Of a stretch of DNA of 47,265 nt, positions 34,136 to 42,063 are shown in pieces. Source of the DNA: Syntrophorhabdales bacterium (GTDB lineage Bacteria; Desulfobacterota; Syntrophorhabdia; Syntrophorhabdales; WCHB1-27). Position numbers and translations under genes: made by a program. The stretch's first letter is position 1, and every line of letters starts with the position of its first letter. The stretch is taken from positions 1-47,265 of the forward strand of contig JBEKJU010000001.1 of assembly GCA_050011095.1 (NCBI GenBank), written 5' to 3'. The notes under the pieces are model-generated. The model saw nothing but the letters and a program-made list of their open reading frames with translations. It was not told where the DNA came from and made no database searches.

Positions 34136-36037
34136 ATGAAGAAAGTGGTGATAGGGACGGCGGGCCACATCGACCACGGCAAGACGGCGCTCATCAGGGC
34201 GCTCACCGGCATCGACTGCGACAGACTCAAGGAGGAGAAGGAACGGGGCATCACCATCGAGCTTGGTTTTGCCTATTACCGCTTCGGGGACGATATCCTC
34301 GTCGGCATCGTCGATGTGCCCGGTCATGAGCGGTTCGTCAGACATATGGTGGCAGGGGCATGGGGCATTGACATGGTGCTCTTTGTCGTCGCCGCGGATG
34401 AGTCGATCATGCCCCAGACCAGGGAGCATATGGACATCTGCGAGCTTCTCGGCGTCAAGAGGGGGATTGTCGCGATAACGAAGAAAGACCTCGTCGACAA
34501 TGAGATGGTCGAACTCGTTACCGAAGAGGTGAAGGACCTGGCGAAGGGGAGGTTCCTCGAAAACGCCCCCATCATCCCCGTATCGTCGACGACGGGCGAA
34601 AACATCGACGTCCTCCGGGAGTGCATAAGGCAGAAGGCGGCGGAGATAGAGGAAAGATCGACGGAAGGCATCTTCAGGCTTCCCGTGGACCGGGTTTTCA
34701 CGATAAGGGGCTTCGGGACGATCGTCACGGGGACATGCATCTCCGGGGGTGTCCGCGCGGGGGAGGAGGTGGAGATCTACCCTTCCGGCAAAAGGGCCAG
34801 GATCAGGACCGTTCAGGCGTACCACGAAGACGTCAAGGAGGCCGCGCCCGGCGAGCGGGTCGCCCTCAACCTCCAGGGCATCGAGAAACACGAGATAGAG
34901 AGGGGCACGATAATAGGACGGCCCGACAGTCTGATCCTTATGAACCGGATCGACGCCACCCTGCGCTATCTGAAGCTCCCCTTCAAACCCATCAAGAATA
35001 ACACCATACTCCGTTTTCATATCGCGACCGCCCAGGTGGAAGCGAGGCTCATCCTCCTCGACCGGGCAACAATCGCGCCGGGAGAAGAGGCCTTCGTCCA
35101 GTTCTCCTTTGCCGAGCCCATGGTGGTTCTCCCCGGCGACCGCTACATCCTCCGGGGATCGTACGCCATACAAACCCTCGGGGGCGGAACGGTCCTCGAC
35201 ATCGCCCCCGGCAGGCACAAAAAGCTCTCACAGGGCCTGGACGGCATATACGGACTGCTGCAGAAGGGATCCGCGAGGCAGAAGGCGGAATACCATCTCG
35301 AAAAGGGCGGCTACAAGGGGATGAGCAGGGACTACCTCGCGGTGCTTCTCGGCGTCGGCCGGGACGCCATGGAGGCGATCGCGGCGGAACTCGCGGCCGA
35401 ACAGACTGTCAAGGCGGTGGGAAAAACACTCGTCCGGACCGGGCGGTTCCAGGCGTACAAGGGCCTCCTCAAGGCGCTCCTTACGGAATTTCACGCAAAG
35501 AACCCGCTGAAGATAGGGATTTCACGGGAGGAACTGCGGACAAGACTACCCGAGGTTGACCAGCAGGTCTTCCAGGCGGCTTTGGAAGATGTCGTGGCGG
35601 AAGGGGCCGCCCGTATCGAGAAGGACAGGGTGGGACTCCCCACGACCGGGCAGGAATCCTCTCAATCGGTCGAACGGCTGGAGACGGAGATCGTCAGGAT
35701 ACTCGACACGCAGGGCCTCACGCCGGCGGCCTACGGCGAGATCGCCCAGGAGCTGCGGATAAAGGAGGGCGATCTCAGGGACGTCCTCGGGAAGCTCATC
35801 TATCAGGGAAAGGTCGTCAAGGTAAAGGGCGACATGTACTTCAGCGGGAAGCACATCGAGGAGGTGAAGAGGACCGTGAAGGACCACCTCGCCAGGAACA
35901 AGGAGATGTCGCCAACGGATTTCAAGGCCCTCTTCGGGCTCTCCAGGAAATATATGATCCCCCTCCTCGAATATCTCGACGAGATAAAACTGACCATAAG
36001 GATGGGGGATAAGCGGGTCTTGAGAACGGGGGCGTGA
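34136..36037 (+). CDS. selB: Selenocysteine-specific translation elongation factor SelB
   Basis: GTPase motifs [17 protein letters not shown] and TKKD. EF-Tu-like domains II and III. C-terminal winged-helix repeats ending [20 protein letters not shown]. Confidence 0.93.
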   Translation: MKKVVIGTAGHIDHGKTALIRALTGIDCDRLKEEKERGITIELGFAYYRFGDDILVGIVDVPGHERFVRHMVAGAWGIDMVLFVVAADESIMPQTREHMDICELLGVKRGIVAITKKDLVDNEMVELVTEEVKDLAKGRFLENAPIIPVSSTTGENIDVLRECIRQKAAEIEERSTEGIFRLPVDRVFTIRGFGTIVTGTCISGGVRAGEEVEIYPSGKRARIRTVQAYHEDVKEAAPGERVALNLQGIEKHEIERGTIIGRPDSLILMNRIDATLRYLKLPFKPIKNNTILRFHIATAQVEARLILLDRATIAPGEEAFVQFSFAEPMVVLPGDRYILRGSYAIQTLGGGTVLDIAPGRHKKLSQGLDGIYGLLQKGSARQKAEYHLEKGGYKGMSRDYLAVLLGVGRDAMEAIAAELAAEQTVKAVGKTLVRTGRFQAYKGLLKALLTEFHAKNPLKIGISREELRTRLPEVDQQVFQAALEDVVAEGAARIEKDRVGLPTTGQESSQSVERLETEIVRILDTQGLTPAAYGEIAQELRIKEGDLRDVLGKLIYQGKVVKVKGDMYFSGKHIEEVKRTVKDHLARNKEMSPTDFKALFGLSRKYMIPLLEYLDEIKLTIRMGDKRVLRTGA

Positions 36038-36067
36038 GTAAATGCCTTCGCATGCAACCCGGTATGC

Positions 36068-37003
36068 CTACCGTTTCATCTTCTTCATGATGCTCCGCAG
36101 GAACGACCGGTCTTCATCCTTCTTTTCCGTCTCCCTTTGCACCCTCGCATAGGGCAGGCTCTCGTCCTGCCCCTTCCCGGACATGGCGTGCATCGCCTTC
36201 GACACCTCCTTGAAACCTATCCTCCTCGCCTGGTAGGCGGCGCCGATGAGGAGGCAAAGGTCGCAAAGGGCGACTACGGTCCGGGGAAGACCCTTGGCAA
36301 AACGCTGGATGACGTCGAGGGCCTCCTCCGTGAAAATTGCCCTGTCCTCCTCGTATCCGGCCCTACCGATCCTGAACTCGATGAGGGCCGTCGTCTCCCG
36401 GAGGTCAAGGGGGACCAGATAGTACTTGACGGGGAGCCTCTGCCAGAACTCGGGGATGCCCTTCATCGTATCCCAGAGGGGCTTCTGCCCCGAGAGGATC
36501 ATGGTAAAGAGGTATTCCTTTTCGTGCGTCAGGTTGAGGAGCATCCGCAGGTCCTGCAGGACGTCCAGGCGCCGGCCCAACATGTGGGCCTCGTCGATAA
36601 CGATGACGGCCTTCCCCCCCGCCTTCTTCAGCTCCGTCAGTTCTTCCTTTATTTTCGTGAGGTTCAGGAACTTGTCGGCCTGGGGCCCCGCCTGGGCGAG
36701 GCTGCTGCTGATCTGCGCCATGATCTGGGCCACGGTAAGGGTCGGATGGTCGATGAAGGCATAACGAAACTTCTCCCCGTAGCTCCACTCCATCTCGGCG
36801 ATCAGCTTGAGGAGGAGCGTGGTCTTGCCGAGTCCCGCCTCCTCGGACACCAGGAGGGTGCCCCCCTTGTTCGTGTTGACCGCGTAAAGGAGCCGCTCGA
36901 AGCATTCATAGTACTGCCCGCCCAGATGCATCATCTCGTTATCCGGCGCGAGGTGGAAGGGGTCTCTCTTGAAGCCCCAGTATTCGAGGTACTCCTTACT
37001 CAC
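36068..37003 (-). CDS. ExeA/GspA-like AAA (AAA_22) ATPase
   Basis: N-terminus YWGFKRDPFHLAPD, typical of ExeA. Walker A EEAGLGKTT, Walker B VIVIDEAH. GTG start preceded by GGGAGG. Confidence 0.85.
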   Translation of the reverse strand: MSKEYLEYWGFKRDPFHLAPDNEMMHLGGQYYECFERLLYAVNTNKGGTLLVSEEAGLGKTTLLLKLIAEMEWSYGEKFRYAFIDHPTLTVAQIMAQISSSLAQAGPQADKFLNLTKIKEELTELKKAGGKAVIVIDEAHMLGRRLDVLQDLRMLLNLTHEKEYLFTMILSGQKPLWDTMKGIPEFWQRLPVKYYLVPLDLRETTALIEFRIGRAGYEEDRAIFTEEALDVIQRFAKGLPRTVVALCDLCLLIGAAYQARRIGFKEVSKAMHAMSGKGQDESLPYARVQRETEKKDEDRSFLRSIMKKMKR

Positions 37004-37068
37004 GGGTACTCACGCCTCCCATGGACCCTTGATTCATGTCCTGTCGCAATCCGTCCCCCTTGCCGTGG

Positions 37069-37689
37069 TCACGGCCTGCACAGCCTGCACGGCACATAGC
37101 CTATCCGTATGGGATCGACCCGGTCCCTGAAGATGATCCTGTTCTTTTCAGGGATTTTGTTGCTCAAGGGGCAGGAGGGCTTGTGGAAGGTGTAGGTCCG
37201 CTTGTTCCCGATGTAATAGGGGTTCGTCTGGCTCTTCTCCTCCTGCCAGAGGCCCGCGTACTTACTCGAGGCCTCCTTCTCGTAGCGGAGCAGCATATCC
37301 CTGTACATCAGATTGGGGGGCCGCGCGTTCGCGCGGGCATAGCCCAGCCGGACAAGCTCACCGTTGACGAACGTGTTCTTCACATAGACGTAGGCGAGCA
37401 GCCTCCCCTCGGCATCTTTCCTGTCCGCGTCGAATTCGAGGCGCACCTTCTTGAGCAGCACGAGACCCTTGCTGTATTTCATCGCCTCCCGCGCGTAGAA
37501 CTGGGGGCCTCCCTCGTTCTTTTTCAGATGGGGCGCGTCGATGCCCTGATAGCGGACGATGTCGCCGTTCTCCAGCATAAAGGTGTTGCCGTCGATCACC
37601 TTCGTGACGAGAAACTCTTTCTCCTTCGCCTCGCAGGGGGGAAGACAGAGGGCAAACACAATGAGCGCTATGACCAAAAGATTATGCAT
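37069..37689 (-). CDS. Secreted thermonuclease (SNase-like) with a C-terminal Ada-like Cys4 metal-binding motif
   Basis: Signal peptide LVIALIVFALCLPPCEA. SNase core (VIDGNTF..GIDAPH..EAMKY..GRLLAYVY). The tail is FHKPSCPL...GYVPCRLCRP. I prefer the ATG at 37689 over the one at 37743. Confidence 0.82.
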   Translation of the reverse strand: MHNLLVIALIVFALCLPPCEAKEKEFLVTKVIDGNTFMLENGDIVRYQGIDAPHLKKNEGGPQFYAREAMKYSKGLVLLKKVRLEFDADRKDAEGRLLAYVYVKNTFVNGELVRLGYARANARPPNLMYRDMLLRYEKEASSKYAGLWQEEKSQTNPYYIGNKRTYTFHKPSCPLSNKIPEKNRIIFRDRVDPIRIGYVPCRLCRP

Positions 37690-37835
37690 GCGCGAAGAGA
37701 TTCTACACCATTTTCCCTCCGCAATAAACATCTTCCCGCGCAAGTCCGTTCCCGCCCGGAAATAGCGCGGACAATCGACGATCCCCCCCCGGCCGGCTCG
37801 CCTGTTTCGTCGGGACGGCCGCTTTCAAACTTCCC

Positions 37836-37863
37836 TTGACACGGTCCCGCCCTTAGGTATAAG
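37836..37863 (+). promoter_or_regulatory. Candidate promoter TTGACA-16-TATAAG, about 190 nt upstream of the thiolase gene
   Basis: ttgaca 37836-37841, tataag 37858-37863. The long leader ends in AAAAGGAGGAGG before the ATG at 38061. Confidence 0.5.
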
Positions 37864-38060
37864 ATAGGAGAGTGTTTTATAGATTGAAATGGCTGACCGC
37901 TCAATGAAATGGAGCGATCGGCGGCTCCGGTCGCGTCGGATAGTGTCGCATCGGGTAGATCGGGGGAACCCTTTCGCCTTGATTGGAGCATCCGAACACG
38001 GGCGATCGCACTGTTTTTACGCGTTACGGGTGAAACCAAATAAAAAGGAGGAGGTACCCA

Positions 38061-39266
38061 ATGAAAAGCTACACGAAGGCGTATATACCCTACGGCGGTT
38101 ATTACTCGACCCCTTTCAGCCGCTGGCAGGGGAGTATGCAGAATGACAACGCGGTAAGCCTTGCCGCCAATACGGCGAGAAGATGGTTCCTGGAGAAGAG
38201 GCATCTCGACCCCACCATTATCGACTATCTGTTCCTGGGGACCACGGTCGCCCAGAACCACTGGTTCTGCGCCCACAACTGGGCAGGGGCCCTGCTGACG
38301 GACGACAAAAGGTTCGTCCCCGGCCTCTTCGTCAACCAGGCATGCTCGACCTCCACGACGATCCTTAACCTCGCGGCGAAGGATGTGGAACTGGGCGTAT
38401 ACGAAATAGGCTACGGCCTGATGACCGACCGCTGTTCGAACGGACCCCACACGATATGGCCCGACCCCCTGGGTCCCGGTGGCCAGCCCGACAGGGAAGA
38501 CTGGAACATGGATAACTTCGGCGGGAACCCGAAGCACCGTTCCCCCATGGTGCAGACCGCCGAGAACGTGGCGAAAGAGGTGGGCATCACCAAGGAGGAG
38601 TGCGACGCCGTCGTCCTGAGACGGTACGAGCAGTTCATGGAGGCCCGCGCGAATGACAGGGCCTTCCAGAAGCGTTACATGTTCGCCCCGGAGCTCACGG
38701 TAACAAGGAAGAAGACGAAGCTCCTCGAAGAGGACGAGGGCTGGACTCCCACCACGGCAGAAGGTCTGGCCAGGCTGAAGCCCGTCGTGCCCGGAGGCTG
38801 CCTCAGCTTCGGCGCCCAGACGTTCCCCGCCGACGGCAACTGTGGCATCATCGTCGCGACGAGGGAGAGGGCCAAGGAGATGAGCACGGACCCGAAGATA
38901 GAGATCCAGATCGTTTCCTACGGCTTCGCACGGGTCAAACCCATGTTCATGCCTGCGGCGCCGATCCCTGCGGCCCAGATGGCCATTGAGAACGCAGGCA
39001 TATCGCTGAACGACGTGAAGGCAATCAAGACCCACAACCCCTTCGCCGTCAACGACCTCGCCTTCTCGAAGAAGACGGGCTACGACGTCATGAAGATGAA
39101 CAACAACGGATCGTCACTGATCTACGGCCATCCCCAGGGACCGACAGCGGGAAGGGCCGTCATAGAGCTGATAGAGGAGCTGGTCCTCCTCGGCGGTGGC
39201 TACGGCCTCTTTACCGGCTGCGCGGCCGGTGATACCGCCGCCGCCCTGGTCGTGAAGGTAGGATAG
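38061..39266 (+). CDS. Thiolase-family acyltransferase
   Basis: Active-site region VNQACSTSTT, C-terminal GCAAGDTAAALVV, 401 aa, strong Shine-Dalgarno. Confidence 0.9.
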   Translation: MKSYTKAYIPYGGYYSTPFSRWQGSMQNDNAVSLAANTARRWFLEKRHLDPTIIDYLFLGTTVAQNHWFCAHNWAGALLTDDKRFVPGLFVNQACSTSTTILNLAAKDVELGVYEIGYGLMTDRCSNGPHTIWPDPLGPGGQPDREDWNMDNFGGNPKHRSPMVQTAENVAKEVGITKEECDAVVLRRYEQFMEARANDRAFQKRYMFAPELTVTRKKTKLLEEDEGWTPTTAEGLARLKPVVPGGCLSFGAQTFPADGNCGIIVATRERAKEMSTDPKIEIQIVSYGFARVKPMFMPAAPIPAAQMAIENAGISLNDVKAIKTHNPFAVNDLAFSKKTGYDVMKMNNNGSSLIYGHPQGPTAGRAVIELIEELVLLGGGYGLFTGCAAGDTAAALVVKVG

Positions 39267-39287
39267 GCGCGATCGCCATGGTTCCGG

Positions 39288-39325
39288 GGGCCGTTCCTCG
39301 TCCGGATGAGGAACGGCCCTTTTTT
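39288..39325 (+). terminator. Rho-independent terminator of the thiolase gene
   Basis: Perfect 12-bp stem gggccgttcctc / gaggaacggccc (39288-39299 and 39308-39319), 8-nt loop, then TTTTTT at 39320-39325. Confidence 0.88.
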
Positions 39326-39351
39326 CACCCGCCCTAAGGGCTCGGAAGACC

Positions 39352-40320
39352 TCAGAAGCGGTACCCCAGCCCGCAGAGAATCACGTCGCTGTCGCTGTCG
39401 CGGTTCGTGACGACCCTGCTCCACGTGAGCCGCAGCGCCCAGTTCCGGTCGAGGCGGTAGCTGGCCGTCATGCTAAAAACACCCACCAGCCTCTCATCAT
39501 CGCCTGTCCCACTTCTATCGACGACAAGGTAAGGACCACCCCCTATCCCCAGGGAGAGGCGATCACCCAGAAAGGCCCGCGCAAGCCACAGTTGACCCAT
39601 GAGCCCGTCGCCGCGTCCGGCGTCGCTTGCGCCCTCGTGCAGCCATGTGACGGTCCATTCGAAGGGCCATTCCTCAAGGCTCCTCCGGTATTCGAGGGAA
39701 GCGGCGGCCGACCTGTCGGAATTGAAGCTGTTCATGATCGTTTGACCGAAAGAAAGGGTGACCTCATTGCGGTTCGGCTCTTCAGTCAGACGCCGTCCTC
39801 CGGCGGCGGGGGTTCCTCCAAGCTCGTATCCGATTCCCACAAGGGCCGAAATGTTGTCGTTCCCGTGCTCGACCGTGACCCAGTTGCCGCGCAGCTGCAC
39901 GAGCCAGGGGCCGTACGCGCGCCACGTCGCCGAGAGGCTGAACACGCCGCCCAAGCCGTGGCCGTTCCTGTACGATCCGCCTGTCGAATCCGGGGTCGTA
40001 TCGAAGTAGCCGTAAGGGCCAAGGCCTGCGGCGAGCGAAAGGCGGTCGCTCAGGACATCCGTCCGGACCCAGGCCTGAAAAACCGGCCCGTCCCGATGAT
40101 GATCGGGAACGTGCCCCTCGTTCAGGTACGAAAAGCTCCAGGCGAAATGTTCGCGAAACCTCTCCATATATTCGAGTTGCCAGGTGTACGACTCCGCCCC
40201 TGTCCCGGAATCCCGCATGCCTCCTCCCAGGACGTAGGCCTCCTGGGCATCCGCACTCCCGATGAAGAGGGCGGCCACGAGGGCCACGAGCACGCCGACG
40301 ATGGAGGATAGTCTCATCAT
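39352..40320 (-). CDS. Outer-membrane beta-barrel protein (family unknown)
   Basis: Signal peptide ending SADA. Alternating amphipathic beta pattern rich in G/Y/W/R. C-terminal GLGYRF, ending in Phe. Confidence 0.75.
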   Translation of the reverse strand: MMRLSSIVGVLVALVAALFIGSADAQEAYVLGGGMRDSGTGAESYTWQLEYMERFREHFAWSFSYLNEGHVPDHHRDGPVFQAWVRTDVLSDRLSLAAGLGPYGYFDTTPDSTGGSYRNGHGLGGVFSLSATWRAYGPWLVQLRGNWVTVEHGNDNISALVGIGYELGGTPAAGGRRLTEEPNRNEVTLSFGQTIMNSFNSDRSAAASLEYRRSLEEWPFEWTVTWLHEGASDAGRGDGLMGQLWLARAFLGDRLSLGIGGGPYLVVDRSGTGDDERLVGVFSMTASYRLDRNWALRLTWSRVVTNRDSDSDVILCGLGYRF

Positions 40321-40663
40321 TATGGTATTGTGCCATCAGGCTGCCGCACCCGGCTCTCTTCGCGTTCCTGCCGAAAGCAGCCTTGCCTTTCGAGGACGTC
40401 CAGGATGCGAGGGCATTGACGGGCCTTCGTCACCTTATGGTAACATAAGTCGGAGGGCCAGGGCGAAAAGGTTACACGGGGCGATGCCTTTTTCGGACTT
40501 CCACCGGTTTTCTTGTAACCCTTTCGGCGCCGCCGACGACTTAAACGTTACGGGATCCTTCGAGAATGGGATTAAAAGGTGAAAGGCGGATACGGACAGG
40601 CCGGACATCTTACGCTCGGAGCCCTTTCGTCTTCCCCGAATTGGGTTATACTATCCGCAGCGT

Positions 40664-41248
40664 ATGGAAAACGGTTCCCCTGTCCCCAGTGACGCCGACG
40701 TGATTTCCCGTGTTCTTGCCGGAGATGTCAATGCCTTCGAGCATCTGGTGCGCAGGTATCAATATCTCGTGTTGGCCCTCGTGAAAAGACATATACCCGC
40801 CGATTCCATGGAAGACACGATACAGGATATATACGTGAGGGCCTATAGATCGTTGCCGACCTTCAAAAAGAGCGACAGCTTCAGGCATTGGCTTTCCGTC
40901 ATTTCCGTGAGGACCTGCTATGATTTCTGGCGAAAATACTACAAATCCAGGGAACTGCCCATGAGTCGGCTTACGGAGGAACAACAGGCGTGGATCGAGG
41001 CGACCCTCGCCGATCAATCTGATGGCTCATCCTACGAGAAATATCTGCAAAAGGACGCGGCGGAGATACTCAACCTAGCCCTCGACAGGCTGTCGGCGGG
41101 GGATAGAATGGTGATGGAACTTGTCTACCTTGAAGGCCATTCCGTGAAGGAGGCAGCCGGTCTTCTCGGCTGGAGCACCGCTAATGTAAAGGTCCGTTTG
41201 TTCCGTACGCGGAAGAAACTCCGCGCATTGCTTGACCATACGAGATGA
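40664..41248 (+). CDS. ECF-type RNA polymerase sigma factor (sigma-70 family, group 4)
   Basis: Region 2 (DIYVRAYRSLPTF) and region 4 HTH (LVYLEGHSVKEAAGLLGWSTANVKVRLFRTRKKL). Confidence 0.92.
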   Translation: MENGSPVPSDADVISRVLAGDVNAFEHLVRRYQYLVLALVKRHIPADSMEDTIQDIYVRAYRSLPTFKKSDSFRHWLSVISVRTCYDFWRKYYKSRELPMSRLTEEQQAWIEATLADQSDGSSYEKYLQKDAAEILNLALDRLSAGDRMVMELVYLEGHSVKEAAGLLGWSTANVKVRLFRTRKKLRALLDHTR

Positions 41249-41260
41249 GGAGGCCGGCCC

Positions 41261-41581
41261 ATGACAACACCCGGACAGAACGATCGGTTTGAATCATTGC
41301 TGAGACACGCCTACCGCGCGAGAGAATCCGCAGAGGTAGCCGCGGGATGGCAGGAAAGGCTCATGGCGCGCATCCGAAAGATAGGTCCCCTCGGGTCGGA
41401 GACGCCATTCCTGCCCCTCTTCGAGCAGTTCGTCTGGCGGCTCGTTCCGGTCGCGTCAGTGCTGGCCCTCGTGCTGATCGCCATCTTCATCACGTCCGAG
41501 ATCACCTCCTGGGCCGATCCGCTTCAACGTCTCATCCCCGATATGGAAGAGTCGATGCTCGTCCAGCTGCTCGGGGCATAA
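41261..41581 (+). CDS. Putative membrane anti-sigma factor (106 aa, one TM helix)
   Basis: It lies immediately downstream of the ECF sigma gene and has GAGGAGG upstream. One hydrophobic helix (VWRLVPVASVLALVLIAIFI). The call rests on position only. Confidence 0.5.
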   Translation: MTTPGQNDRFESLLRHAYRARESAEVAAGWQERLMARIRKIGPLGSETPFLPLFEQFVWRLVPVASVLALVLIAIFITSEITSWADPLQRLIPDMEESMLVQLLGA

Positions 41582-41590
41582 GGAGGCATA

Positions 41591-42052
41591 ATGAAAAAAT
41601 GGAGGCTCATCACGGGCGTCGCCCTCGTGCTCGTCCTAGGTATCCTGATCGGCGCGGCGGGCACCCAGTTCTATCTTAAGCGCAGGTACCACTTCCCCCT
41701 TGACCACAGGGCGAGGACGGCCCGCCTCGTGAAAGCCCTTTCGAGGGACCTCAACCTGTCGCAGGACCAGAGGATCGCGACGGAAAAGATTCTCGACCGG
41801 ACGGCGGAAAGGCTCCGCGAGAACTACACCAGGGTACGGCCCGAGGCCGAGAGGATCGTCGCCGAGGGCTTCTCGGAGATAGAGACGCAGCTCACCGACG
41901 ACCAGAAGAAAAAATTTGAGGCCCTCAGGGAGACGTACAGGAGGCACAGGCGGTTCGGCGGCGGAACCGGACCCCGGTGGGCGCCCGATGCGGCCCGCGG
42001 CGGGCCCGACCGGGGACCACAGGCCGCGCCGAAGGACAGCCCCGATAAATAG
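41591..42052 (+). CDS. Periplasmic Spy/CpxP-like helical protein
   Basis: Signal/anchor sequence, LSQDQ and LTDDQ (LTxxQ-like) motifs, basic Gly/Pro-rich tail, AAGGAGG upstream. Confidence 0.6.
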   Translation: MKKWRLITGVALVLVLGILIGAAGTQFYLKRRYHFPLDHRARTARLVKALSRDLNLSQDQRIATEKILDRTAERLRENYTRVRPEAERIVAEGFSEIETQLTDDQKKKFEALRETYRRHRRFGGGTGPRWAPDAARGGPDRGPQAAPKDSPDK

Positions 42053-42063
42053 GCGACTTCCTC

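Noticed and set aside
37889-38146. 85-aa ORF in the thiolase leader.
   Set aside because: It has no Shine-Dalgarno, runs out of frame into the well-supported thiolase CDS, and has an Arg-rich composition.
40330-40335. TGGCAC just upstream of the outer-membrane protein gene as a sigma54 -24 element.
   Set aside because: The required TTGC at the -12 position, five nt downstream, is absent; the sequence reads tggcacaataccata.
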